Shown in pieces: positions 48,264 to 57,797 of a stretch of DNA of 64,000 bases; position 1 is the stretch's first letter; each line of letters opens with the position of its first letter. This DNA comes from an uncultured Candidatus Bathyarchaeia archaeon (GTDB lineage Archaea > Thermoproteota > Bathyarchaeia > Bathyarchaeales > Bathyarchaeaceae), in the NCBI GenBank assembly GCA_964418675.1, contig CAYQMM010000004.1:88572-152571 (forward strand). The letters run 5' to 3'. The notes below the pieces were generated by a model, which was not told the origin of the DNA, did no database searches, and saw only the letters and a program-made list of their open reading frames with translations. A program made the translations under genes and the position numbers.

Positions 48264-48839
48264 ATGACAAGAAAAGCGGTTCAAGTTATCGATGATGTGA
48301 GAACGATAAAGCTATTAGCCGATCCTTTGCGAAGAGAAATAATCAGAGAAATAACAAATCAGCCACAAACGCAGAGCCAACTTGCAAGAAAATTGGAATT
48401 CACCCCATCCTCGACGATGCATCATCTGAGAAGGCTACGTGAAGCAGGATTAATCAAAATTGGGCGTAGCGAAGTAGGAACATATGGGATACTGGAAAAA
48501 TACTACGAGCCTACCGCAAATTTGTTTATTGAGAATTATAAAAAAACTTCGGCGAAACTGCAAAAGTATTTCCTTCACACTCATGTAGAACGGCTAAGAG
48601 GCATGCTAGCCACGTTACAACTTCTTGCAGAAAAAGAGGGAAAATCGGTCGAAATTAATCCAGAAGAACTTTATGCCATGGCACTGGAAATTGCAAATGT
48701 TTTACCGGAAATTGCAAGAAGGTTTGAGCAGACAGAGATTGACAAAAATAGAGAGGTCCTTATCATAAAAATATACGCTGAAGCTCTCAATTCGATATCT
48801 AACAGCAAATGGAAAAATCTCTGTGCAGATATACTATAA
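48264..48839 (+). CDS. ArsR-family HTH regulator with extended C-terminal domain
   Basis: LADPLRREI...TQSQLARKL...HHLRRLREAGLI...EKYY. Confidence 0.85.
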   Translation: MTRKAVQVIDDVRTIKLLADPLRREIIREITNQPQTQSQLARKLEFTPSSTMHHLRRLREAGLIKIGRSEVGTYGILEKYYEPTANLFIENYKKTSAKLQKYFLHTHVERLRGMLATLQLLAEKEGKSVEINPEELYAMALEIANVLPEIARRFEQTEIDKNREVLIIKIYAEALNSISNSKWKNLCADIL

Positions 48840-48845
48840 CGAAGG

Positions 48846-49628
48846 TTACTTGCCGAAGCGGCGTTTTCGTCTCTGGTATGTTCGAACTGCACGCAGAAGG
48901 TCTATTCGTCTGAAGTCTGGCCAGTTCATGTCCACGAAGCAGAGTTCGCTGTAGGCGGATTGCCATGAGAGGAAGCCGCTGAGTCTCTCTTCTCCGGAGG
49001 TTCGGATGATGAGGTCAGCGTCTTGCTTTGGCATGTGAGCCGTGTACAGGTATTTCTCGAAAAGCTCTTCGTCTATGTTTTCGGGATTTAGCTCTCCGTT
49101 TTCCACTTCATTAGCTATCTTCTTTGTTGCGTCAACGATTTCTGCTCTTCCACCGTAAGCTAGAGCCACATTCAGGAACCGGTCATCATACTCTTTTGTG
49201 GATTCTTCTAACTGCTGAATCAATGCTTGGGTCGTTTTGGGCAGGAGGTCTAGGCGACCTATGGCTTTAACTCGGATTTTGTTTTCGTGAATGCTCTTGT
49301 TCTTAAGGGTTGAACGCAGTTTTTCATCAACCAAGTTTAGAATCTCTTCCACTTCTTTTGGGGAACGGCGAAAGTTTTCTGTAGAAAAAGCATATAGTGT
49401 AATGGATTTTACCTCCAGTTCTAGGCACCAATCCATCAGTTCATCGATTTTGTCGGCTCCAATGTGGTGGCCTATCCATGGGGTTAGAGCTTTCTGGGAT
49501 GCCCATCTTCTGTTTCCGTCGAGGATTATGGCTACGTGTTCAGGTTTTATTCCATTTTTAACCTGATACCATAACCACTTTTCGTATATCTTGTAGATTC
49601 CTAACAGAGAGAGCAAACCTTGAAGCAT
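48846..49628 (-). CDS. uppS: cis-Prenyltransferase (polyprenyl diphosphate synthase)
   Basis: HVAIILDGNRRW, YAFSTENF, YGGRAEI, RTSGEERLSGF. Confidence 0.96.
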   Translation of the reverse strand: MLQGLLSLLGIYKIYEKWLWYQVKNGIKPEHVAIILDGNRRWASQKALTPWIGHHIGADKIDELMDWCLELEVKSITLYAFSTENFRRSPKEVEEILNLVDEKLRSTLKNKSIHENKIRVKAIGRLDLLPKTTQALIQQLEESTKEYDDRFLNVALAYGGRAEIVDATKKIANEVENGELNPENIDEELFEKYLYTAHMPKQDADLIIRTSGEERLSGFLSWQSAYSELCFVDMNWPDFRRIDLLRAVRTYQRRKRRFGK

Positions 49629-49631
49629 TAT

Positions 49632-50420
49632 TTAACCTCGAAATCTTGCGTCCTGTAGTGCGTGGGCACATGGGCATTGCCGTTTCTGCGGTAGAATACG
49701 GATGGTCTCTCTTAAAATTTGCTGAATAATAGGCATCCTCTCTTTCGCAGCCGCACTCACTTCCTGAGCTGTAAGCCGTTGTTGCTGAATTCCCGCAGCC
49801 ATGTTCGAAACAAAACTTACCGTGGCATAGCACATCTCCAGCTCTCGGGCTAACACAGCCTCAGGCACGACAGTCATCCCTACCACATCACAACCCAAAC
49901 GCCTGAACATCTCAATCTCCGCAGGAGTCTCAAGCCGAGGACCCTCAGTACAGACGATAACGCCACGATTCCACACTTTCTCGCCACGCTTCTCCAAAGT
50001 CTTCACCAGCAATTCCCGAACTTCGGGGCAAAACGGCTGAGACATGTCCACATGGGTAACAGGAGCCTCATCGTAGAAACTGAGTTTCCGAAGCTTTGTA
50101 AAATCAACGAGGTCATGAGGAACCAACAAGTCGCCCAGCTTAAAATCGAGGTTTATGGCGCCCACAGCATTTGTCGCGAGAATTCGTTTAACTCCAATTT
50201 TGGATAGAGCGTAGATGTTAGCGCGGTAGTTCACCTTGTGGGGAGGAATAGAGTGGTGAATGTTGTGGCGGGGCAGGAAAGCCACAGATTTACCGCCAAC
50301 ATCTCCAACCGATATTGGAGGCGGGATGCCATAGGGGGTTCCTACATAAATCTGCTCCGTGCCCTTAAGCAAGGTTTCTAGTCCAGTTCCGCCAATGACT
50401 GCTACATCAGCTTTCCTCAT
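49632..50420 (-). CDS. mtnP: 5'-methylthioadenosine/purine nucleoside phosphorylase
   Basis: IGGTG, FLPRH, NYRANIYAL, EGPRLET, VGMT..PEAVLARE. Confidence 0.9.
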   Translation of the reverse strand: MRKADVAVIGGTGLETLLKGTEQIYVGTPYGIPPPISVGDVGGKSVAFLPRHNIHHSIPPHKVNYRANIYALSKIGVKRILATNAVGAINLDFKLGDLLVPHDLVDFTKLRKLSFYDEAPVTHVDMSQPFCPEVRELLVKTLEKRGEKVWNRGVIVCTEGPRLETPAEIEMFRRLGCDVVGMTVVPEAVLARELEMCYATVSFVSNMAAGIQQQRLTAQEVSAAAKERMPIIQQILRETIRILPQKRQCPCAHALQDARFRG

Positions 50421-51585
50421 GTTCCCCCATTGCCTCTTCTGTCTCTTTGAAGAAGTCACTGTATTTTCTACGCAACACCAACACTGTTAAGATTGTGGAC
50501 ACTATCACCGGTATTCCCCCGATTATGGCATAAAGCAATGGAGCCAGTTCGCTTAAGGATGATTCTGGGTCGATTGGGTTGATGAGGATTGGCGAAGCTT
50601 GAACAAACATAACAGAAGACCACGCGACAACAACTATTATGACGAGGGTCCTCCACAGCCTGAGGTCCCGCTCACCGAACCAGCGAATCGCCCTGCCCGA
50701 AAGTATAACGCATATGCCGATGGCAATGAGATAGGTTGCTACTGAAAGGAACTCTCCAATAAGCTTCGGAATCATTGTGAAGGGGTCAAGCCCTGCAGTA
50801 GCCTCTGCCACAGCAGTTCCTCCCAGATAGCCGCCAACCAGAATCAGCAAGATTCCCGCAACCGCGGAAAAACCTGCTATCTGCACAGTGAAAGGAGGAG
50901 GAGAATACTCTCTCACCCATTTGACAAAGTTGGCAACCGCCTTGTCGAGTCTGAAACCTCTCACAAAGAGGAATGCACCTATAACTATAGCGAGGGCGTA
51001 TCCAGCGTACTCCAAATAGCCTCTCCACCATAGGACACCTAAGACGATGAGCAAGATTCCTGGGAGACCAAGGAGTATTCGAGAATAGCGGGGGTTCTCC
51101 ACAAGAACTTTCATGTATCGCGAAAAGAGGGCTGCGGTTTCTTCGATGGATTTGCTGTGCTTCATCACAATTCTTCGAACCGAAGTAACTGGCACCCTTG
51201 ACTCAACCAGCGGCAATACCATCTCATCTGTGTAACCGTCAGTAACGAGGATAACATCTGTAGCCGGAAACACCTTCAGAACCTCAGTAAGTTCGGTTAC
51301 GAGCTGCCTGTCAGCCTCTATCCCCCCCAAATCGGAACCTGCTATGGTCGCAACTTCATGCTCCTCTCCTTTAGCTCCCTTTTTGAGGTTGTCGTAGATT
51401 CTAATAGCTTCGAATATGGCATTGGCGTCAGCTTCCTCAGGGTCTCGAAGGGCTAGACCCGTAGCAGCATTCACGTTCTCTTTTCTTCCAAGGATAGGCG
51501 TGTTTAATCCCGCCTTCATACCCAAGTCGTCGTCCCTATCGACGCAGAGAATGAGAATGCGCTCCGCCTTGGCTGATGCCGGCAT
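50407..51585 (-). CDS. DUF373 family membrane protein
   Basis: LCVDRDDDLG, DPEEADAN, VTDG..DE followed by multiple TM helices. Confidence 0.88.
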   Translation of the reverse strand: MPASAKAERILILCVDRDDDLGMKAGLNTPILGRKENVNAATGLALRDPEEADANAIFEAIRIYDNLKKGAKGEEHEVATIAGSDLGGIEADRQLVTELTEVLKVFPATDVILVTDGYTDEMVLPLVESRVPVTSVRRIVMKHSKSIEETAALFSRYMKVLVENPRYSRILLGLPGILLIVLGVLWWRGYLEYAGYALAIVIGAFLFVRGFRLDKAVANFVKWVREYSPPPFTVQIAGFSAVAGILLILVGGYLGGTAVAEATAGLDPFTMIPKLIGEFLSVATYLIAIGICVILSGRAIRWFGERDLRLWRTLVIIVVVAWSSVMFVQASPILINPIDPESSLSELAPLLYAIIGGIPVIVSTILTVLVLRRKYSDFFKETEEAMGEHEES

Positions 51586-51679
51586 AATTGCTCTCCCATT
51601 AATCCTTTTATTTAGAGGCACACTTTAATCTTGTCGTTAGTTTTTCTCTTCAACATTCATAAAAAAGCTTTGCCCAAAA

Positions 51680-52552
51680 TTACACAAGTCCTTTCTCAGC
51701 CAGAATCTTAAATTCTTCCCACAGCAACTTCTCGCCGCGTTTCAGTTTAGCTAACGCCCTCTCCTCCAGCTCTTTCTGCAGTTCACTCTGACGTTCAGCC
51801 GTTCTCTTATCCGCGGTTTCCTTCAACTCTCCTTCAAAGGCTCTGATTCTTTCAAGAAGTTCCCCACAGCTTTGGTGTAGTTTCTGAGCATGCTCCCTAG
51901 TTTCCACATACTTCTGATGAACCTCATCGGCTTCAACTTGGAGTTGACGGGCTTTGTCAAGGGTTTCAAGCATCTGCCCATGAAATTTTTGGCTCTCTTC
52001 AGCCAGTTCCGACAATTTCCCGTGAAGAACCTTTGCATCAGCTTCAAGGTTTTTCTCTTCGCTTCGCAGCTCCAAGAGCTCTTCTTTCACCTTTTTTATT
52101 TTTTTCTGAACAGACAGTTGGGCTTCAAGCTGCCGCACCTGATTAACTAACGTTTCTTCTTCTTTTACTGGAAGGGAGGTCGTTTGAATCTTCCAGTCAA
52201 TCTCCTCAATCTCCCTCTCTATATGCTGCAGGTTCCCCTCGGGTCTCTTTTCCATCAATCCCCCGAGTTTCTCTTTTAACTCCGAAATTTTGTCCCGCTT
52301 CTCTTTGCGTCTAATCCTCACTTCATCCCGGAGCCTTTTTAGTTCCTGAACCTGCTCGTTTAAGGCGTCTCTCTTTTCTTTAATGTTGGCAACTTCTTTT
52401 CGTAAACTTCTGATTTTTTCGTGAAGGGCGTTTCTCTTGTCAGCCCACTTTTTTGCTTCCAAGTTCAGCTTGTTTCGCTCTTCCTTAAGCGGGATTAATT
52501 CTTGGTTCAGCCTTTCGATTTTGTGTTTGGGAGATTCAGATATTTTCTTCAC
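51680..52552 (-). CDS. Archaeal long coiled-coil protein (COG1340-like)
   Basis: Heptad-rich E/K/R/L sequence, IDWKIQTTSLP and KLKRGEKL motifs. Confidence 0.8.
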   Translation of the reverse strand: MKKISESPKHKIERLNQELIPLKEERNKLNLEAKKWADKRNALHEKIRSLRKEVANIKEKRDALNEQVQELKRLRDEVRIRRKEKRDKISELKEKLGGLMEKRPEGNLQHIEREIEEIDWKIQTTSLPVKEEETLVNQVRQLEAQLSVQKKIKKVKEELLELRSEEKNLEADAKVLHGKLSELAEESQKFHGQMLETLDKARQLQVEADEVHQKYVETREHAQKLHQSCGELLERIRAFEGELKETADKRTAERQSELQKELEERALAKLKRGEKLLWEEFKILAEKGLV

Positions 52553-52653
52553 TTCCTAGCTGGGCATAGCCCCTGAATGGAGCTATTGAATCAAAGCTTC
52601 GTCTTGTTCTGACGAGTTGGGAAGAAGATGCCATGTTTAGGTTGTTCAGGGTT

Positions 52654-53361
52654 TTATTCCAGTATGATTCTTGCATCGACTGTTTTTGCTCCCTTCTCAT
52701 AAACCAATACAGGGTTCAGGTCAAGTTCTTTGATTTCTTGGTGGTCCATCACTAACCTTGAAGTGCTCAGCAAGATTTTAACTATCGTGTCTATGTCACG
52801 GGGTGGTTGGCCGCGATAGCCTCTGAGAATGGGGTACGCCTTTATTTCTGAAATCATCCCTCTGGCGTCCTCTTCGGTGATGGGGGCAATCCTGAATGCC
52901 ACGTCTTTCATCACTTCCACGAAGATTCCTCCGAAGCCGAACATCAAAGTTGGTCCAAACTGAGGGTCCTTACTTGAACCAACTATGACTTCTGTTGAGG
53001 CAGGAGCCATCTCCTGAACGAGGATGCCGTTAATCTCTGCGTTGGGTTTCACTTTCCTCACATTCTCCAAAATTTTCTTGTAGGCGTTTCCAGCGTCCTC
53101 TTGACTTCTGATGTTAAGGATTACGCCGCCTACGTCAGATTTGTGGAGTATATCGGGAGAAACAATCTTGAGAACTGTGGGGTAGCCGATTTCCTCAGAG
53201 AACTTCACTGCCTCCTCAGCAGTTCCAGCTACCCTAAACCTTGTGACAGGTATGTCATATTCCATACAGATAGTCTTAGCCTCAGGCTCAAGGAGGTAGT
53301 TTCTTCCCGCATTTCTAGCCTTCTCAAAGATTTTGGAAACCTTTCCCGACAACATTAACAT
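52654..53361 (-). CDS. acdB: ADP-forming acetate/acyl-CoA ligase beta subunit (ATP-grasp)
   Basis: LEPEAK, LKIVSPDILHKSDVGGV, DPQFGP, ELDLNPV; start moved off the repeat-overlapping TTG. Confidence 0.85.
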   Translation of the reverse strand: MLMLSGKVSKIFEKARNAGRNYLLEPEAKTICMEYDIPVTRFRVAGTAEEAVKFSEEIGYPTVLKIVSPDILHKSDVGGVILNIRSQEDAGNAYKKILENVRKVKPNAEINGILVQEMAPASTEVIVGSSKDPQFGPTLMFGFGGIFVEVMKDVAFRIAPITEEDARGMISEIKAYPILRGYRGQPPRDIDTIVKILLSTSRLVMDHQEIKELDLNPVLVYEKGAKTVDARIILE

Positions 53362-53428
53362 CCTTTTGTGGCTGTAGAGAAGTAGGTAAGTAATTTTCCC
53401 TTCTAACTCTTTCGCATACACCGCCAAA

Positions 53429-53476
53429 GAAAAGCTGTTTTTTCAACATGCTGCTGTGATTAGGCTCCAAATAGAA
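53429..53476 (+). repeat. Dispersed intergenic repeat, copy D (degenerate)
   Basis: gaaaagctgttttttcaacatgctgctgtgattaggctccaaatagaa; 3' half gctgtgattaggctccaaata identical to copy C. Confidence 0.8.
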
Positions 53477-53493
53477 TTCGGGGGTTCAGTTTT

Positions 53494-54177
53494 TTATGAA
53501 CGTGGCTTTCGTAGCCCGTGTTTGATTGTCTTTTCTGTTTCTATATGGATTAGCCGATGTTTTTTGCCGCAGATGGGACATGACAGAACCTGTCCCGTGT
53601 CCACTTCTTTTTTGGTTGCCTTTGGCTTCTCTACCCTCTTCTTTTCTTTCAGTTTCTCTTCTGCTGAGATTTTGGAAAGTGACCAAGCACGTTCAAGGAT
53701 GAAGAGGGTTATGAGTGCCTTTTCGTCTTCTTGCCTGCAGAGAGTAACATAGTGTTTGCCGGGCGCCGTCTTTCCAGTTGCCTCTTCATAGGATTTAATC
53801 GTGTAGTTCTCTCGGATGATGCTTGGAACCTCTTCGACGGTGGAGACGTTTTTTCGGCTAAGCCTATCATTCTCATCCGCCTGTGTTAAGGAAAGGACAT
53901 CGTAGAGCATGCCCTCAATTTTGCTAACTTGAAAGACCATGGTATTCCCTTCCAGCTGGGAGAAGCGGACACCTGCTGGACACTTAACAGCTTTGACCAT
54001 AATCTTTCCAAGTTCCTTGTCTTTGCACAGTTTAAAGAGCCAATCGCCAGTAAGGAAGTCCTTTGCTCTGTAATAGTTCACTTCACCGTTTCTCAATTGG
54101 CGCAAGCTCATGTCATACCAAGAATCACGGGGTCGGGTTTCAACCCGTCTAACCTTGATGTACTTCAGAAACTGCAA
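53494..54177 (-). CDS. Hypothetical protein with C-terminal CxxC/His Zn-finger-like motif
   Basis: 227-aa ORF ending SCPICGKKHRLIH. Confidence 0.7.
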   Translation of the reverse strand: MQFLKYIKVRRVETRPRDSWYDMSLRQLRNGEVNYYRAKDFLTGDWLFKLCKDKELGKIMVKAVKCPAGVRFSQLEGNTMVFQVSKIEGMLYDVLSLTQADENDRLSRKNVSTVEEVPSIIRENYTIKSYEEATGKTAPGKHYVTLCRQEDEKALITLFILERAWSLSKISAEEKLKEKKRVEKPKATKKEVDTGQVLSCPICGKKHRLIHIETEKTIKHGLRKPRS

Positions 54178-54296
54178 GCGGCTACACTCTCCACACAGAT
54201 TTTCTCAGGTTAAAGTTTAAGATTTTCGGAGTCAGTCACGTAAGACCTGGTATTCAACCAGTGGATTCAGCTAAAAAAGCAATAAGCATGTATTTT

Positions 54297-54320
54297 TTTA
54301 AAAAAGGGGGATTTGGAAGG
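54297..54320 (-). terminator. Pyrimidine/oligo-U terminator candidate
   Basis: Minus strand reads CCTTCCAAATCCCCCTTTTTT downstream of the DUF4332 gene. Confidence 0.4.
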
Positions 54321-54360
54321 TGGTGCTTCCATTGTATGTGCGCATAATTTTGCGGGAATT

Positions 54361-55050
54361 TTAGTACTCTACTTTTCTGGGTAACGCTTTTGCTTGTTCA
54401 ATCCAATCTTTGACTGCACTTAAAGTCGGAGTTCTCCGTACAAGTTTTTTCGCTTCGTTGATGCCAACAATTGTTGCATGAAGATTTTCGGGGTTTCTTC
54501 GGGCAAGCTCAACAACAGTGTCAACACCTGCCTCCTCCAGGAGGTCTGAGTACTCTTCGGCGATGCCTTTTATTCTGAATAGGTCAGCTTTGTTAACCCA
54601 TTCAAGAATCAACAGCTCTGTAATTCCAGTTTTTTCAGCAAGCTCCTTCCTTCCCGTTTTAGTCGAACCTGCTTCCAGCAGATCATGTGTCGTCTTGATT
54701 CCTTCATTCTCAAGTTTCTTGCCATAGACTGGTCCAATTCCCTCGATCTCCTCTATCATCGCATAACGTGGGGGAGCTTCCTTCATGAGTGTACTTTCTA
54801 CTTTGACCATCATTTCTTTTGGGCCGTGACTTCTTTCGTATAGCATCTTTGCGATGGAGAAATAGAGCCAGATGAGGAATCCATAGATTACGCCGTTTAT
54901 GATCCCTTCAGCTAAAGCCCCATAGTTAGTTTGCATCATATCGGGAGCAAGTTGTCTAATTATCGAACTTCCAATGGGATAACTTATGCCAGCAACTGAA
55001 AGCAAAAGAAACAAAATGAAACTTATGATGAAAACGATTGCGCCTATCAT
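54361..55050 (-). CDS. DUF4332 (helix-hairpin-helix) protein with N-terminal membrane segments
   Basis: IEEIEGIGPVY, WVNKADLFRIKGI.EEYSDLLEEAGVDTV.ELA.RNPENL; two N-terminal hydrophobic helices. Confidence 0.88.
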   Translation of the reverse strand: MIGAIVFIISFILFLLLSVAGISYPIGSSIIRQLAPDMMQTNYGALAEGIINGVIYGFLIWLYFSIAKMLYERSHGPKEMMVKVESTLMKEAPPRYAMIEEIEGIGPVYGKKLENEGIKTTHDLLEAGSTKTGRKELAEKTGITELLILEWVNKADLFRIKGIAEEYSDLLEEAGVDTVVELARRNPENLHATIVGINEAKKLVRRTPTLSAVKDWIEQAKALPRKVEY

Positions 55051-55273
55051 GTTTTCACTTCCTTAACCAATTATATCTTGGTACCCTTTTTAAAATCGAC
55101 GATGCATTTTCACGGATAAGCGGTTAATCAAGGTATTTTCGTTCAAAAAAAGGATGGAACTGCGGCAGTTATGTCCATTTTGTACGGCCAAGAAGCTTGA
55201 CTCGGAATCATTATGTTTAAAGTTTATTTGCACTTCAGAAGTCTTTTTACGAATACACAGCCTTGTACGAGTC

Positions 55274-55453
55274 ATGAAGCACATTAAGCTCTTTTGGACC
55301 GTAGGCTGCTGGATATCAATGTTTCTTCTCACAATATATCACACCATCATCTGCAATTATGGGGCGGCTCTCCCTGTGTGGTACGCCACAGCCATAACTT
55401 GGATGAGCGGATTGATTGCGCTTTCGTCTCTAGTGAAAACTGATGACTTTTAG
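55274..55453 (+). CDS. Putative 59-aa two-TM membrane microprotein
   Basis: MKHIKLFWTVGCWISMFLLTIYHTIICNYGAALPVWYATAITWMSGLIALSSLVKTDDF*; TTTAAAG-like box upstream; fills a 400-bp gap. Confidence 0.45.
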   Translation: MKHIKLFWTVGCWISMFLLTIYHTIICNYGAALPVWYATAITWMSGLIALSSLVKTDDF

Positions 55454-56079
55454 GCTGTTTCAGGCTCGCCCATGCGTTTTGCCTCAATCAAAACGATGTT
55501 TTCGTAGGGGACATTGACTTGGGCAGCAACCCGCGCCTCAAGGGTCATCTCATCAAACGCTTTTAGAGTTCTGTTTACGTCAGAAAGAGAGGATTGAACA
55601 AGCTGAATCCTGCCTCCATCAGCTAAGAAGTGGGGAGCATCAACTACGAATTGGTCGATGATTTTTCTTCCGTTTGGTCCTCCTGCCCACGCCTTCCCTA
55701 TCCAGCTTCTCTCTTCATCTGGCTCAGAGGGGAGGTACGGCGCATTGAAAAGTATCAAGCTGAAGGATTCATTCGGCTTGATGGGCTGAAACAGGTCTCC
55801 ACGCCGAAATTCGATCTTCTCTTTAATGCCATTCATTTCCGCGTTCTTGATGGCGCATTCTATAGCATATGGGTTTATGTCAACAGCCACAACTCTTTTG
55901 GCTTTTTCCGCAGCCAACACAGCTAGGATTCCGCAGCCAGTTCCCAAGTCCAAAACAACATCGTCTTCTTTTACCTTCAGTTGTTCAGCTATGAGAAAGG
56001 TGTCTTCGGCAGGCTCGTAGACGTGCTCATCAACAAGGAAAACATGATCTTTGAAGAAGACTTTCTTTGGATAGGCCAT
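55450..56079 (-). CDS. HemK2/MTQ2 family methyltransferase (aRF1 Gln methylase-like)
   Basis: VYEPAEDT, LDLGTGCG, FNAPYLP, WAGG..GR. Confidence 0.92.
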   Translation of the reverse strand: MAYPKKVFFKDHVFLVDEHVYEPAEDTFLIAEQLKVKEDDVVLDLGTGCGILAVLAAEKAKRVVAVDINPYAIECAIKNAEMNGIKEKIEFRRGDLFQPIKPNESFSLILFNAPYLPSEPDEERSWIGKAWAGGPNGRKIIDQFVVDAPHFLADGGRIQLVQSSLSDVNRTLKAFDEMTLEARVAAQVNVPYENIVLIEAKRMGEPETA

Positions 56080-56090
56080 TCGCAGGTATC

Positions 56091-56918
56091 CTACAGTCTG
56101 ACTTTTCTTCCCGCTAAATCCAGCTGGAATCTCCCGAACTCATCTTTGACGCTTCTCAGCTGTTCAGAGGTTAGAACTGGACCGTCCTTGCAGACCATCA
56201 GTTTGCCTATTCCGCAGCTGCCGCACAAGCCGATGGCGCAGCGCATTAGTCGTTCCAGACTGGCTTGGAGAGGAATCTGATGCTGTTCTGCCAGAAGGAA
56301 CATCTTGTGCATCATCTGTTCAGGACCACAAGTATAAACCATGTTAAACCTTCCTTTCGTTAACATCTGTTCTGCCTGTTCGGTGATGAGCCCTTTGAGT
56401 CCATAGCTTCCATCCTCTGTCGTGTATATTGTCTCGGAGTCCACGCTAGAAAGCGCTATAGTTAATCGGTCCAGAAACAATAGCTCACTTCTGGTTTTAG
56501 CTCCCACCAGCAAAGTTACCTTGGAGGCAGTTTCTGCAAGCTTCTCAGTAAGAGGCACCAGCGGGCCCACTCCTGTTCCGCCCGCAACTAACATAACATT
56601 TCCCCTCGTTGTGGTGAAGCCTTTGCCGAAGGGTCCCCGAATTCCCATGATGCCTCCGGGTTTTCGCTGATTAAGTGCTCGGGTGGCTTCTCCAACCTCG
56701 GCAACGGTTATCGATGAGAGTCCCTCCGAGGTTATGGTTGAGAGGCTCATGGGAATCTCATCAACACCAGGTATCCAAACCATGACAAACTGACCCGCCT
56801 CAGCCCTTCCACACAGCTTATCCTTAAAGGTGAAGGTCTTAACCTTGGTGTTTTCTCTTCGAATCTCATCAATTTTTAGGATTCTCATGCGATTAATCGA
56901 ATCGAAGGAGGCAGGCAC
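56091..56918 (-). CDS. pyrK: Dihydroorotate dehydrogenase electron-transfer subunit (start uncertain, 56888 or 56918)
   Basis: GQFVMVW, IRGPFG, AGGTG, CGPEQM, CAIGLCGSC...VCKDGP. Confidence 0.92.
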   Translation of the reverse strand: MPASFDSINRMRILKIDEIRRENTKVKTFTFKDKLCGRAEAGQFVMVWIPGVDEIPMSLSTITSEGLSSITVAEVGEATRALNQRKPGGIMGIRGPFGKGFTTTRGNVMLVAGGTGVGPLVPLTEKLAETASKVTLLVGAKTRSELLFLDRLTIALSSVDSETIYTTEDGSYGLKGLITEQAEQMLTKGRFNMVYTCGPEQMMHKMFLLAEQHQIPLQASLERLMRCAIGLCGSCGIGKLMVCKDGPVLTSEQLRSVKDEFGRFQLDLAGRKVRL

Positions 56919-57092
56919 TGAGGATTGGTTTCGCAGATGAACTGTCAATTCTATCCAAGACCTTGTTTCTGGATTTATCCTCTTAAAGAGTTGATGCACA
57001 TTAAATATATAATGGCATGTACCTCGAAGTGACCTTTAACCTTGCACTTGAGAATAAAAAGGGGGGAAGGGGAGTTATTGCATTGTCCGGGA

Positions 57093-57614
57093 TTAGATAA
57101 TGTCATACTCGAAAAGGTATTCTGTTGGATTCCACCCAATCATTTGGCTGTTTTCGCAATCGATGTCATCTGCTAACACTAACCAGATTTTCTGTGTGGT
57201 TTCAGGTGTGTCTTTTCCATCATCTATGAACGAGCTGAAATCATATTCGCCTGAAAGATGGATGTTTCCACCTTTGTTGGAAAATCCTTTCAATATGCAG
57301 GTAGCGTATGGCCATTCGTCATTGTGTCCATCGGCGCCATACCAAATTAGAGCGTACTCGGTTTCTGCCATCAATTTGTGCCCGTTGAATATGAAATTGT
57401 TTGATTCGAATGTTAATTTTCCCCAAGCTCCATTTTCTACTGGCATCCAACTGACTGGGTCTTTCTCGTAAAGGTAAAGGTGGTTTACCGCAGATGTACC
57501 TTTGTTCAATCCATTGTTAGCTGAAGGCCCATTTGGCTTGACAGCGAAGACTGGAATTGTTGCCATAGTCATTAAAGCCAATGTTGCTAGAATAACCAAA
57601 GTTTTTTTATACAT
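57093..57614 (-). CDS. Secreted hypothetical protein
   Basis: Signal peptide MYKKTLVILATLALMTMATIPVFA; two Cys; no recognised family. Confidence 0.7.
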   Translation of the reverse strand: MYKKTLVILATLALMTMATIPVFAVKPNGPSANNGLNKGTSAVNHLYLYEKDPVSWMPVENGAWGKLTFESNNFIFNGHKLMAETEYALIWYGADGHNDEWPYATCILKGFSNKGGNIHLSGEYDFSSFIDDGKDTPETTQKIWLVLADDIDCENSQMIGWNPTEYLFEYDII

Positions 57615-57782
57615 TTTGTTTCCCTTCGTTTCCGTTCGCACTTTCCCTAAATACTTATTCTAAATAAAGATTATCCTTAATTTGTTCTGCAAATATACAA
57701 TATTATTTCCTATTTCTTTCCAATAATCAAAAAATCAGCCATAATTCTTCTTTTCAGACATCCAGTTGTTCTACATCACACA

Positions 57783-57797
57783 TGCCCTATTAGGGCA
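57783..57797. promoter_or_regulatory. Perfect 15-bp palindrome TGCCCTA-T-TAGGGCA
   Basis: Read directly from the AT-rich intergenic region upstream of the secreted gene. Confidence 0.35.

Noticed and set aside
52566-52586. Hairpin as an archaeal SECIS element
   Set aside because: No in-frame TGA selenoprotein candidate was seen nearby (trxB CATC and msrA GCFWC use Cys), and the SECIS consensus is not evident.
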